From: Chiloscyllium plagiosum
Taxonomy: Eukaryota
Direction: 5' to 3'
DNA length: 64,000 bases
Assembly: GCF_004010195.1 (NCBI RefSeq)
Contig: NC_057760.1
Span: 4,047,507-4,111,506 of the forward strand
Each line of letters begins with the position of its first letter. Position 1 is the first letter of the stretch. Shown here piece by piece: positions 26,290 through 39,705 of the stretch. The translations under genes and the position numbers were made by a program. The notes under the pieces were generated by a model. That model ran no database searches and was not told the DNA's origin. It was given only the letters and a program-made list of their open reading frames with translations.

Positions 26290-27240
26290 GAGGAATTGCT
26301 GGCACGATACTGCCACCTCAGGTTCTCGCCCTCCTTCACCAACTCCCACTAATTGTCTTCTGAACTTGCTGTGCTCCATTGCCTCAGGTATAACCCTGAC
26401 CTTGCCATGAAAGCTGCCAACAACAGATGATTACAGTACCATCTGTGTACTGACCTCTACCTTGCTGAGTGTCAGCATTAAAACTGTCACTTTTCCTCTC
26501 TTGACTGTAAACCACCACTGAAGATGAAATCATTGTTTTCAAAACTGTGAATGACCTCATCATTGTCTGGAATCCCCTTCAAGGTCTTGGCAAATCTATG
26601 GTTTCAGCCAACCACACCAAACTTATTTCTTCCTATCTTGAATGCTTTGCTCCCTTCCTACCTACATACACAATCCTTTTGATGCTCGACAACATTTCAA
26701 CAATTATCTGGCCCTACCTGCCCATTGATGATCAAAGTCCAATCTTTCGGCACCAAGCCACAATGACACTCATATAGCTTTTCACTTCTTCCTTGAAAGG
26801 AGGCCCAAACAAACCTGATTCTCCAACACTACCACTATCCTCACCCTACATTCTGCGGAACTTGTATCACTTATTGAATGATGTTTCCTTTAACTTATGT
26901 CACTTTTCTTCAAATAATAAGTGCGACCACGAGGACCGCAGTAATGTTCATTTTTCTGTGGGGTTGTGGAACCCTCCTTGTTTCAAGGCTTATGTCCGAA
27001 ACGCAACTCTCTTACTCCTTGGATGCTGTCTGGCCTGTTGTTCTTTTCCAGGGCCACCATTTTCGATTCTGACTCTCCAGCATCTGCACTCCTCACTTTC
27101 TCCTTGCTTTAGTTCCACTCCAACAATTTTCTTCTCACTGAATTGATGACTATAACTAGTGCCATTTCCTATCTTCATCCAGAAACACCACAACTGATAA
27201 ACCGGTCCTCTAATTTCCACCCTTCTCTTAGCCTCACTTG
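26290..27240 (+). mobile_element. Highly decayed Penelope-like RT remnant with a nested pLTR fragment (26985-27103)
   Basis: Traces of AELVxxLNxFSFNxxHFLQ and FHPSL; nested ggcttatgtccgaaac...ctcactttctcc terminus. Confidence 0.55.
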
Positions 27241-27642
27241 GGTTTTTAAAAATTCCCTCTTAGGTGTCCGTCACTGTCAAGGTTGGCATTTATTGCCGAT
27301 CCCTAGTTCTCCTAGAACTGATTGGCTCTTCAAGCCATTTCAGAAGGCAGTTAAAAGTTAACCATATCACCATGGTCTGAAGTCGCATGTAAACCAAACC
27401 AGTTAAGGACGTCATTTTTCAATCCCTAAACAAAACGATTAACAAATGAAATGAGCTTTTGATGAGAATAGACAATGGTTAAATGATTATCATGAGACTT
27501 GGGGGAAAAGTAACGTGAGTTTTCAATATATCCCATTCCCCCTTTGTCAGTGAAATCTCTCACAGAAGGAGCAGAGATAAGCCATTCAAACTTTTGAGCC
27601 TGCTCTGCCCTTCAATGGCTGATCTTCAAACTGAGCCACTGT

Positions 27643-27943
27643 GAGGTGGCACGGTGGCTCAGTGGTTAGCACCGCTGCATCACAGCACCAGGGTCCCAGG
27701 TTCAATTCCCGCCTTGGGCGACTGTCTGTGTGGAGTTTGCACATTCTCCCCGTGTCTGTGTGGGTTTCCTCCGGGTGCTCCGGTTTCCTCCCACAGTCAC
27801 AAAGATGTGTAGGTCAGGTGAATTAGCTGTGCTATAATTGCCCAGTGTTCAGAAATGGGTCTGGATGGGTTACTCTTTCGAGGGTCAGTGTGGACTGGTT
27901 GGGCCAAAGGGCCTGTTTCCACACTGTAGGGAATCTAATCTAA
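27643..27943 (+). mobile_element. HE1 SINE
   Basis: ggcacggtggctcagtggttagc head, ggttcaattccc B box, V-domain, aatctaatcta tail. Confidence 0.93.
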
Positions 27944-27989
27944 TAATATGCTAATCCCACTCTACCCCACAACTCAGTTCTTTTTTCCA

Positions 27990-28262
27990 GAGCTATATAT
28001 ATAAAACTCCTCCTTCAGAACACAATATTTCAGTCTCAACCACGTTCTGCGGAGGTGAATTCCACAAATTCACCACTCTCCAGATGAAGACATTTCTCCA
28101 AGCGATCATGAAAGATTGATTTCTTATCCTTAAGCTATCACCCCTGGTCTGGACACTCCCAACATTGAGAAGAATTGTTCCTGCATCTAACCAGTCTAGT
28201 CCTGTCAGAATTTTAAGTTTCTCTGAGATACCTTCCTCCCTGATTCCACCGCCCGCCCCCCA

Positions 28263-28298
<36 letters not shown>

Positions 28299-29620
28299 AA
28301 AATATAAAATCGAAGCCTTCTGAACACCAGTGAATACAATCCTAATCAACTCAAATCTCTTATCATTATCGGTCTTGCCATTCCAGGAAACTATTTGGTA
28401 CACCTTCATTGCACTGCCTTGATAGCAAGAGCATTCTTCCTCGGATAAGGAAACTAACACTGCACATGATAGCCCAGATGTGGCCTCACCAAAACTCTGC
28501 AGAATTGCTGCAAAACATCCAAGTTCCTGTACTCAAACCCTTTCACTATGAAGGCCAAGATATCATTTGACTTCTTTACGGTCTGCTGCACTTGCACACT
28601 CACTTTTAACAACTGCTACATGACAACCTATTGAACTTTCCCTTTTTTCAAATTACAACCAAATAATAATTTTCCATTCTTTTTTATTGCTACCAAAGTG
28701 GATAACCTCACATTTATCCAAATTATGCTGCATATGCCATGAGCATTCGCATTCTCATTGCCTGTCCAAATCACACTGCAATATGCCTGCATTCTCATTA
28801 CAGCTTACCCTTCCACCCAGATTTGTCATCTGCAAATTGAGAGATATTACATTTAGTTGTGTCATGTACATCATTAACACATTGTGAATACTTGGGGTCC
28901 TAGTGCCGATCCCTGCATACACCACTGGTCACTGCCTCCTTTCAGAAAAAGATCCACTTATTCCCACTGTTTCCGGTCTGCTAACCAGTTTCCTATCCAT
29001 CTCAAAATATCACTCCCAATCCTATGCACTTTAATTTTACCCATTAATCTCTTATGTGGGACTTTGTCAAATCCATTGGCTCCCCATCATTAAGTCTACT
29101 GGTTACATCCTCAAAGAATTCCAGTAATTTGTCAAGTATGATTTCCCTTTTGTAAACAAAAGCACAAATTGCGAGAGAAACTTAGCAGTCTGGAATGAAG
29201 TGGACAGAAAACAGAGACAACATTTTGGGTCCGTTCAGTCACTGGCCAGATTTCCAACATCTGCAGTTTCTTTGTTTTTTCCCCTTTTTGTAAATCCACG
29301 CTGACTGCGTCTGTTTTTATGACTGTTTCCCACGTGCTCTACTATGAAACAGATTCCAGCATCTTGCCCAATACCAACATCCAACTCACTGGCTACTATG
29401 ATTCTCCTTTCTCATCACTTCCTTTTTTAAATACAGGGGTTATGGTAGCTACCCTTCAATCTGTAGGAAGTGCTCCAGTGTCTAAAGAATCTTGAAAGAT
29501 ACCCGCCAATGCATCCACTATTTCTGTGGCCACTTCCTTACGTATTCTGCGGTGAAGATTATCTGGCCATGGGAATTTGTCAGCCTTCAATCCTATCAAT
29601 TACTCCAACACCATTTCTTC
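27990..29620 (-). mobile_element. Decayed CR1 LINE, with a TA microsatellite and a small Penelope-like insertion (29157-29281)
   Basis: Minus-strand RVVNLWNS, gatttgtcatctgcaaa (FADDT reverse), ccacataagagatt; the insertion is flanked by cccttttgtaaa and ccctttttgtaaa. Confidence 0.75.
28266..28296. repeat. (TA)n microsatellite
   Basis: Direct reading, about 15 units. Confidence 0.97.
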
Positions 29621-29629
29621 ACAAATAAA

Positions 29630-29939
29630 GATTAGATGAGATTAGAGTGTGGAAACAGGCCCTTCGGCCCAACAAGTCCACACCGACACACGGAAGCACA
29701 ACCCACCCATACCCCTACATTTACCCCTTACCTAACACTACAGGCAATTTAGCATGGCCAATTCACCTGACCTGCACATCTTTGGACTGTGGGAGGAAAC
29801 CGGAGCACCCGGAGGAAACCCACACAGACACGGGGAGAACGTGCAAACTCCACACAGTCAGTCGCCTGAGGCGGGAATTGAACCCACGTCGCCGGCGCTG
29901 TGAGGCAGCAGTGCTAACCACTGTGCCACCGTGCCGCCC
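29630..29939 (-). mobile_element. HE1 SINE, full length
   Basis: Reverse complement begins gggcggcacggtggcacagtggttagcactgctgcc; short cacaaat duplication on both sides. Confidence 0.94.
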
Positions 29940-29943
29940 ACAA

Positions 29944-30121
29944 ATGTGTTGTTGGAAAAGCGCAGCATCTAAGGAGCAGGAGAATCGACATTTCGGTGAA
30001 GAAGGGCTCATGCCCGAAATGTCGATCCTCCTGCTCCTTGGATGCTGCCTGACCTGCTGCGCTTTTCCAACAACACATTTTCAGCTCTGATCTCCAGCAT
30101 CTGCAGTCCTCACTTTCTCCT
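29944..30121 (+). mobile_element. Miniature fold-back Penelope-like pLTR element with near-complete hammerhead motif
   Basis: Inverted arms; tgaagaagggctcatgcccgaaatgtcga core (C3 lost at the junction); ends cctcactttctcc. Confidence 0.82.
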
Positions 30122-31788
30122 GGAAGAATGAAATGATTGCCAAACATAATTCTTAGTTCCCTAACAAATTCCTTGAACCCACACCAGTCTCCTTTCTTAC
30201 TACAATTACAATTCCCTTAGCCTAACCTTCCATGGCAATTGTGATCACCAACCTCCACCATTCTAACATTCCCATTGCCTTCTCTTCTGTTGCACTTGCT
30301 CCTCCCAACCTTGTTCTATTGTATAAAGCCCAGCAGTTTTCTGCTTCTCTCTTCAGTTATAAAGAAATCTCACATCAGATTCAAAATGTTCACAATTTCT
30401 CTTACCACAGATAATGCCAAACCTGCTCAATTTCTCCAGCACTGTTTTTATTCAAGAACTTGGCACATATTATCTGTTGCCAATTCTTCATCTCCTTCTC
30501 CGCAACAGTTGTGAATTCTTCATGGCTAAATGCAGCAATACTGAGGAAAATAAGTTTCCCATGAGACTATGTTGAAAGAACAAGCTACAGCCTACATACG
30601 AGACTCAAGGGATATCAGACTCATTTCAAACACAACAAATGGGACAAGTCAGCTCTTTTTGAATATCTTCAACTGAATAACCATATCACCCAACGGTTAA
30701 CTCTCAGAACTTCTCTTTCCTGTCTCAGTGACATACAAAGTGGGATAGGATGGAGATGAAAATTATCAAACCCTAACTCCAACCACAATTCAAACTTCTC
30801 ATTCATTGAAATAAACACTACCAACGAGTCAGCCCAGTCAACCAACCATCATGAAAAAAATGCCAATGTGAACACATTTATTACATAAACCATGTCCTGA
30901 TTACGTTACAGTATGATTCTACCTATACCTGTATTGCCAATGAGTACCATTTTTGTTTGTTCCAGTTAGTTCTCCAGATGATGGACAGAGTCTTTGGACT
31001 TGAAAGATTAACTGTGTGTAATAACCCAGGAAGCCCGATTGGAGAGTAATGTCATTTATTGTTGAACACCAAAACAGAATCACTATTCAGTGTCCATAGG
31101 CTAGTTCCAGGCCAGGACAGACAGGTCGACAGCCCTATCCCTGGGTCTGCTTTATAGATATTTTTCTAATCAACTTGTTCAGAGATGTTATGACACGTCT
31201 CTAGAGCAGGTGGGATTTGAATCCAGGTCGCTTGGCTCAGAGGTAGGGACACTAACACTGTGACACAAGAGCTGTGTTTTTAAAAAATATATCCACATGT
31301 GCTCTTACACACAACTGAATGGCTTTCCCACCACCAAATGACCTGTACCTTTTTTTCTTGTTTTTAAACTATTAACTGCCATCAGTACGACAACAATGTA
31401 GTCAATTTTAAATTTACATGCAAAGCATGTTGAAGGCAATGCAAGTGATCAAAAGGAGGTGGTAGAGATGGGGGAAGGGATTGCATATGCTTCACCCATT
31501 TCTCCCATCAACCTGCCTCAAATGTTATTACTGTACACACCATTGGAGCAGGTGTGACTTCGGTGTCTCAGACTTGGTGCATTGATACCACTTTGCACCA
31601 CAAGAGGGCCCTTGCAAAGTTGTAGGTGATGCGTACCAGCTTGTCAGGTCATTGCCTGTTACCAAGGGAACTCTTATTCAACAAGCTCCACAGGGAGATT
31701 ACTTGGTAATTCCCCACGGGTTTTGCAGTTGTTACCATGCTTTATTTCACTCTCTATAGATGCTATCAAGTCTGCAGACTTTCTTCAG

Positions 31789-31910
31789 CATGATGTGGAG
31801 GTGCCGGTGTTGGACTGGGGTAGACAAAGTTATAGTCCAACAGCTTTATTTGAAAGTACTAGTTTTCAGCTCTGAAAGCTAGGACTTCCAAATAAACCTG
31901 TTGGACTACA
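31789..31910. mobile_element. Miniature fold-back Penelope-like pLTR element (family of 40395-40846)
   Basis: tagtccaacagctttatttgaaagtactagttttcag / ctgaaagctaggacttccaaataaacctgttggacta inverted arms. Confidence 0.7.
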
Positions 31911-32740
31911 GGTTGGACCGAAGGGTCTGTTTCCATGCTGTACATGTCTATGACTATGTATTGGGCTTAACTCGATCCCACAGATCTTCTAACTCAACAT
32001 ACTAGTGTGATCTGGGCTCAAACGCCTGGCCTGTGTTAACAATACATTTAGTGCCAACAAATACAATAAGAATCAACTCTTAGTGTGGCAAATAGGAATA
32101 CATGTGTTAAAAGTGCTGATTGCCATGATTAAAAAAAATTGTCCTCGAATTCCTGGATCCAACAGCAAAACAAGCAGAACCTATACTATGACAGTCACAA
32201 TATGTGTCCTGTGAACTGCAATACTGCATCTGGAGATTTCCCATGGAATAAAACTGCAATGGCATAGCACAACACTGCATGTTCAAAATCTGTTTTAATA
32301 CCCATTGGGAGAAGTGCAACATTTAATCTATTCTTCTCAACTTAAGATGGATCTGGAAAAAGAATTTGGAGCTGTTTAACATAGGCGATGGGGCATAAGG
32401 AACCATTTAACTACCTTTAGAAAAGTTAATATTCATTGCCTTCAATGTGATTTATTAATGACGTGGGAAATACTACCCGACTCTTACACAGCAAAATCAC
32501 TAACTCGCCACTTTCTCACCTCCTTATAGCCGATTTGACTGTAACCTGGTCTTAGTGGTGATCGGAAGGTCATCAAGTCCTGACACCACGTCGCTGATCT
32601 CAAAGCACCAGCTTCAAGGCAACTTCAGCCCAAGAGGTTGATTTTAAATTTTATATTGCTTAATATGTCTTTATATATACTATCTGTATACAGTGCACGA
32701 GCTTGATCAAGCAGCTTTAACTTGTGGTGGGTTCCTATCT

Positions 32741-32866
32741 GGTGGCATGGTGGCACAGTGGTTAAGTGCTAGGTCCTTATTGCACCAAGGACACAGGTTC
32801 GATTACAGCCTTGGGTGACTGACTGCGTGGAGTTGGTACATTCTCCCCATGTCTGCGTGGGTTAGT
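32741..32866 (+). mobile_element. 5' half of an HE1 SINE
   Basis: ggtggcatggtggcacagtggtta...ggttcgatt...gtggagttggtacattctccccatgtctgcgtgggtt. Confidence 0.8.
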
Positions 32867-33284
32867 CATGGGGGGGGGGGGGAGGAGAAGAGGAAAGAAG
32901 AGAGAAAGAAATCCCATGCAGTGTTACCGGAGTGGGGTGGGAGACTCTTCGTGGAGTTGCAGCAGTATATGGATGCAGTGACGCCTTATCTTCCACATGT
33001 CAGTGTGAAACGCGGACCCTCAAACCAACTGTGGTGCAAGTGAAATTCAATCAATACTTAAACGTCTCTTTCTACTAAATGGGAAAAAAAACGCAGGTAT
33101 GCTGCGATAACGAGTCACAGTTGGAATAACACAACTCACAGCTGTCCCTATTTGAATGCTGGCAATTTATAAATCTCAAAATCAACAGCATCTGCATGCA
33201 ACTAAACCAGGCTTCAGGAATGAAGACAAATGAGCAAGCCTGGGAGGGCCTCAAAATGGAACAATTCACATCATCCCACCCACA

Positions 33285-33380
33285 CCCCCCAGCTCCCACC
33301 CACCTCCCTCCCGGTCTGAGCCTGACCCCGAACCCCCCCAGCTCCACCCCGCCCTCCCTCCCGGTCTGAGCCTCACCCCC
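33285..33380. repeat. C-rich ~50-bp tandem repeat running into the assembly gap
   Basis: ctccctcccggtctgagcct recurs 50 bp apart (about 33304 and 33354). Confidence 0.75.
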
Positions 33381-34349
33381 NNNNNNNNNNNNNNNNNNNN
33401 NNNNNNNNNNNNNNNNNNNNNNNNNNNNNNNNNNNNNNNNNNNNNNNNNNNNNNNNNNNNNNNNNNNNNNNNNNNNNNNNNNNNNNNNNNNNNNNNNNNN
33501 NNNNNNNNNNNNNNNNNNNNNNNNNNNNNNNNNNNNNNNNNNNNNNNNNNNNNNNNNNNNNNNNNNNNNNNNNNNNNNNNNNNNNNNNNNNNNNNNNNNN
33601 NNNNNNNNNNNNNNNNNNNNNNNNNNNNNNNNNNNNNNNNNNNNNNNNNNNNNNNNNNNNNNNNNNNNNNNNNNNNNNNNNNNNNNNNNNNNNNNNNNNN
33701 NNNNNNNNNNNNNNNNNNNNNNNNNNNNNNNNNNNNNNNNNNNNNNNNNNNNNNNNNNNNNNNNNNNNNNNNNNNNNNNNNNNNNNNNNNNNNNNNNNNN
33801 NNNNNNNNNNNNNNNNNNNNNNNNNNNNNNNNNNNNNNNNNNNNNNNNNNNNNNNNNNNNNNNNNNNNNNNNNNNNNNNNNNNNNNNNNNNNNNNNNNNN
33901 NNNNNNNNNNNNNNNNNNNNNNNNNNNNNNNNNNNNNNNNNNNNNNNNNNNNNNNNNNNNNNNNNNNNNNNNNNNNNNNNNNNNNNNNNNNNNNNNNNNN
34001 NNNNNNNNNNNNNNNNNNNNNNNNNNNNNNNNNNNNNNNNNNNNNNNNNNNNNNNNNNNNNNNNNNNNNNNNNNNNNNNNNNNNNNNNNNNNNNNNNNNN
34101 NNNNNNNNNNNNNNNNNNNNNNNNNNNNNNNNNNNNNNNNNNNNNNNNNNNNNNNNNNNNNNNNNNNNNNNNNNNNNNNNNNNNNNNNNNNNNNNNNNNN
34201 NNNNNNNNNNNNNNNNNNNNNNNNNNNNNNNNNNNNNNNNNNNNNNNNNNNNNNNNNNNNNNNNNNNNNNNNNNNNNNNNNNNNNNNNNNNNNNNNNNNN
34301 NNNNNNNNNNNNNNNNNNNNNNNNNNNNNNNNNNNNNNNNNNNNNNNNN
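33381..34349. other. Assembly gap (969 N)
   Basis: Run of N. Confidence 1.
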
Positions 34350-34689
34350 ATCCTGAGCACCCCTGCCCCCCCTCCCAAAATGAGACCCTTTGATTACCCC
34401 AGCCCAGCTTCGAAAAGGAGATTCCTTTATTCCCGATTGCCCACCACCTTCCCCGTTGTCTTGCCCCAGCCCATCCCCACTCTTATACATCTCTCAGCCC
34501 ACTTGAATTGAATTTTTTGTCACATATACCAAGGCACCCTCCCACATTACAGATGAAGAGCTAATGCCAAAAATATCAATTTTCCTGCTCCTTGGATGCT
34601 GCATGACAAGCTGTGCTTTTCCAGCGGCACACTTTTTGACTCTTATCTCTTGCACTTGCGGTCCTCACTTTCTCCAAGATCATTGTATC

Positions 34690-37190
34690 TGTGCTAACCA
34701 CTGGAGTGGTCCCTTAGGACTGGCGAGTAGCTAATGTTGGGATCTCTCTGTTTAAGGAGGGAAATAGGAATAATAGAGGAAACTATAGACCAGTGAGTCT
34801 CAGATTGGTGGTTAGGAAGCTATTGGAGAGAATTCTTCAAGATATGATTTGCACATATTTGGAAAAGCATGGTCTAATTAGGGACAGTCAACATAACTGT
34901 TCGGAGCAGGTCGTGTCTTACTAACTTCATTGAATTTACCAAGGAGCGAAGGAGGCAATCGATGTGGGTAGAGCAGTGGATGCTATCTACATGGATATTA
35001 CCAAGGTTGCTCATAGTAGGCTTATTCAGAAGATTAAGATGCATAGGATTCACGGTGACTTGGGCTGCCCATTGAAAGAAGAGGGTAGTGGTGGAAGGGT
35101 GACTAGTGGTCTTCCGCAGGGATCTGTACTGGGGCCTCCGCTGTTTGTGATTTTTTTTCTCTATTAAGGACGTGGCTGAAAGCATAGACGAGTAGGTTAG
35201 TATGTTTGGAAGATAAGTGGAGTTGTGGATAATGTAGAAGGTTGGCAAACTATACAGCAGGATATAGATCAGTTGCAGATATAGGTGGAGAAATAGCAGA
35301 TGGAGTTTAATCCAGCCAAGTGTGAGGTGCGACACTTTGGGAGATCAAATGTTAACAAAAAATATACAGTTAACAGCAGGACTCTTAACAGCATTGATGT
35401 ACAGAGGGATCTTGGGGATCAAATCCCTAGTTCCCTGAAAGTGGCCACGCAAATAGATAGGGTGGTAAAGGCAGCATACAGCATGGTTGCCTTTATTGGT
35501 CAGGGAACTGAGTACAAGAGTCAGGATGTCATGTTGCAGCTTCATAAGACTTTGGTTGGGCCACATTTAGAGTATTGCGTTCAATTCTGATCGCCACATT
35601 ACAGGAAGGATGTGGAGGCTTTGCAGAAGAGGTTTACAAGGATGCTGCCTAGATTAGAGGGTTTCAGCTACAAGGAGAGGCTAGAAAAACTCTTTCCTAT
35701 GGACTCTGTGGAGGGGAGACTTAATAGAAGTCGATAGAATTGAGCTGCATAGATATGATTGACTGTCAGAATCTTTTCCTCCCAGAGGTGAAATGTCTAA
35801 TATTCGGGGGCACGCATTTAAGGCGAGAGGAAGAAAGTTCAAAGGAGACATGAGGAGCAACTGTTTTACACTGGGTGGTAGGTGTATGGAATGCACTGCC
35901 AGGGTTGGTGGTGGAGAAGGCAGATACAACAGGGACATTTAAGAGACTTTTATTAGGGACATAAGTATGCAAGGAACAGAGATACCTAGACCAAGAGCTG
36001 GCAAAAGAGATTAAATTAATATGGCATCATGTATGGCACAACATTATAGGCCCAAGGGCTAGTTCCTGGGCTGCACTGTTCTATGTACTGCTGAAGCTTA
36101 CAAGGTCTGGTCAGACTGCATTTGGAGTATAACGAGCAGTTTTGGGCACCATAGCTAAGGAAGGATGTGCTGGTGATGGTGAGGGTCCAGAGATGGTTAA
36201 TAATAACGATGCCGGGAATGACGGACTTGTCATAAGAGAAGCAGTGAGGACTTTGGGTCCATGCTCGGGAGTTTAGGAAAATGAGGAATCTCATTGAAAA
36301 ATACAGACATCTGAGATATCTAGATAGACTGGTCATGGAGAAGATGTTTCCGTTAGTTGGACAGACCCAACAGAATAGCCACAGAGTGAAGGGCTTGGAC
36401 CCTTTGGAACTGAAACGAAGGGAATGTCTTCAGCCAGGGGATGGTTAGTTTGTAGAACTCCGTGCCACAGAAGGCTGTAGAGGTAAAGTCATTGCATGTA
36501 TTTAAGATGGAAATAGTTAGGTTCTTGATTAGTAAGGGCATTAAGGATTACAGAGAGAATGCAATTGAGAAACACATTAGCCATGATGGAGCAGACTCAA
36601 TAGGCCAAAGGGCCCAATTCTGCTCCTACAGCATATGGTTTACGACTGATGGCCAGTTATTTTTTTCTTGGTTGCCGCAGACATAACGGGCTGAATGGTC
36701 TTGTTCAATAACTAATGTTTCTATGATTTTGGTTTCCTTATTTGGGAAAGGATACAACTGCTTTAAAAGCAGTTCAGAAAAAAGTCATTCGACTCATTCC
36801 AGGGGATGTAGGGCTTATTTTGTGAAGAAACATTCACAGGTCAGGCTGATATCCATTGGAGTTTAGAAGGTCGAGACACATTCTTATCAAAACATAACAT
36901 TTCAGGGGGACTCAAGACAACATTTCCTCTGGCAGAGGAGACCAGAACTAGGTGATAACAGTTTAATTAGAGCTCTCCTCTTGAAGATGGATGCAGAGTT
37001 TCTTTACCTCTTTCCCAAAACATAGCAGAGGTTGGGTATTCAAATTTATTCAAAAACTGAGTTTTTTTTAAACAGAGATAATATGTGCTATGTAGAACAG
37101 ACAGTAAAGTGGTGCTGTGACCATGACCAAATCACCCTTGATTTTATTGAACAGCGAAGTAGAGGTAAATGGCCTATTTTTTGATTATTG
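34690..37190 (+). mobile_element. Cluster of three decayed CR1 fragments (about 34690-36090, 36095-36640, 36720-37190)
   Basis: GRAVDAIYMD, PQGSVLGP, MEFNPAKCEV...PHLEYCVQF and repeated CR1 3' UTRs. Confidence 0.8.
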
Positions 37191-37689
37191 CTAAGCATCA
37201 ACTACCCCACACTTCTCAACAATACATCTCACTTCACTCTTCTTCTCACTAAGTAAAACTCTGTCTCAACACCTCAAAATAAGTTATCCCCACTCAGTAA
37301 AACTCCATGTATCTGCAATAAGTCATTCTCCTCAGTAAAACTCCACACCACGACAAAATACCTTCACAAAAACACCTCACCTCTGTCCAAAATCCCACTC
37401 ACCCGAACCCCTCAACACCCCACCTGATCACCACAATCTCCTTTTCTCCTCTACCTCATCATCTCCTTAAGCCAATCACAGACCTCCCTCCCTAGGAAGC
37501 CAAATCTCTTGCCCTTTAACCCCAAACCTCTACTCTCCATTCCTCATCTTTCGACTCCCATAACTTACATCCCAGATATTTCCCCTCTGCTCATTTTGGT
37601 CCTATAAATCTTCCCTTCTCTATCCTTTCTCAATCAATTCTCCTCCCTAATTCTTGATCCCCAAATCTCTCCTGCCAAAAACACAGCCA

Positions 37690-38440
37690 AGGCCTCAGCC
37701 ACTTTAGCTGTTTCAGTGACATCTGTCCTTCAACAGGAGGGATGTTTGCTGATGATGACACCAAGTTCAAGTTATTTCTAATGAGCTAATCCAGCAATCA
37801 TCCCTTGATATTCAATGGCTTACCATCACTGAATCGTACCCCTCAATATCAATATCTTAGCACTTACCACTGACTCAAAAGTGAATTGGACTTGCCATCT
37901 AAATACAATGGCTACAAAGGTCAGAAGTTAGGAATCCTGCAGTGAGGAACTCACCTCCCATCTTCCCAAAACCTGTCCACCATTGATCAAGCACAAGTTA
38001 GGAGTGTAATGGAATATTCACCATTTCCGGGATGGGAACAACACAAGAAACTTGACACCATCCAGGACAAAGCAGCCTGTTTAATTATTTCTGGCTGTGG
38101 TGCCAATCAGTCTCTCCACCCCCGACACTCAGTAATGCATTGTGTACCATCAAGAAGATGCACTGCAGCAAATCATTAAAGAACCTTACAAAGCAAGGAG
38201 TCATACAGCATGGAAGCAGACCCTTCAGTCCATCTCATCCATGCTCACCATATTCCCAAACTAAACGAGTCCCATTTGCTTGAAACAAAAAGAGCAGATA
38301 CATGGGAACACCACCACTTGCAAGTTCACCTACTATCCTGACATGGAAATATAGTGCCACTCCTTCAGTGATACTGGGTCAAAATCCCAAACAACACGGA
38401 AAGCCTACCTACAAGCAATTCAAGAAATGTCTTCACCATT
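37690..38440 (+). mobile_element. Old L2-like LINE 3' remnant
   Basis: tttgctgatgat (FADD), AQVRSVMEYS, KLDTIQDKAACLI, then caccaccacttgcaagttc...actgggtcaaaatcc. Confidence 0.65.
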
Positions 38441-39705
38441 AATTTGTCAAAAAAGATGTAAGACTTATACAACACAAAGATGAAAATAGGTCATTCAGCC
38501 CTTCCAATTCTGCCCCACCATTCAATGAGATCGTGGCTGATCTGATAACCCTCAAATCTATTTTTCTCCTTTTCCCCATAAACTCTCTATTCCCTTACTG
38601 ATTAAAAATCTGTCTACATCAACCTTTAATATACTTAATGATCCAGCCCTAACAGCTCTGTGGCAAGGAATTCCACACATTCACAACACAAGAAATTCCC
38701 TCTCATTTGTCTCTTAAATGTGAGATCCCTTCTTTTGAAATTGTGCCATGTGGTCTTAGACTCTCCCACAAGAGGAAACAACTACCCTGTCAATAAGATC
38801 ACCTCTCATTGTTCCCATTGTTGGAGTTTAGATGAATCTACTCAATCTCTTCTCATAATGTCCTCAGACTGCACAGCAGTCAAGTAAACGTTCTCTGGAC
38901 AGCCTCAATTGTTTAAATAAAGAATAACGAAAAAGTTCTGAAGATAGATCACCGACCCAAACCGTGAACTCTGATTTGCCTCCACAGATGCTGCTAGAAC
39001 TTGCTGAACTTTCCGACCAATTTGTTTTTGTTTCTGATTTACAACATCTGCAATTCTTTCAGTTTTTAGCCTTGTATTAAAATGCTGTTTAGCACACTAG
39101 TTGGCCTTCAACGGGGTTATTCATTTGTTTTTAAGGTGATAGATTTGTGGAATTCAGTCACAGAGTGCAGTGGATGCCAGAACACATTTAAAGGAGATAG
39201 ACAGAATTTTTTAGTTATTAATGGGTTGAAAAGTTATGAAGGAAAGTGGAGTTGATTCCAGAAATAAATCAACCATGACGGTATTGAATGGCGGAGGGCC
39301 TCGATAGGTTGAATTGCCACCTCCATTTCTTATGTTCCAGTTTTGCTGCTTTTTTTGTGATCCATTCATAAGTTCACACCGGCCTCAACCCCTCTGTTTT
39401 ACCCCTTCTGCAACCCTGCTCTCCATTTACACACAAAACTCCTCGATGCTGACTGTCAGAGTAGATAACCTCACATTTGCGCACAGTATTCCAACTGACA
39501 ACATATTGCGCACCTTCTCACGGAGCATTTAGGGAGGGGCAATAAACACATGGCCCAGCCGGTGATGCCGACCCCCATCATCCTCGATATGGGCCTGGAA
39601 TTAAAAGCACCTTCCACCGGGCGGACAACGCCGCTGTCGGCCACCGATGAGAGACTCAAGGAAGAGAAGAAGGCCGGAGCGACAACAGGCAGCCTCGGGC
39701 CTTAC

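Noticed and set aside
32520..32640. Possible extra CHTOP leader exon (GAG|gtgaga donor on the minus strand)
   Set aside because: No convincing polypyrimidine acceptor; cannot be supported from sequence alone.
33075..34490. Long 471-aa and 370-aa ORFs
   Set aside because: Artefacts of translating through the N gap.
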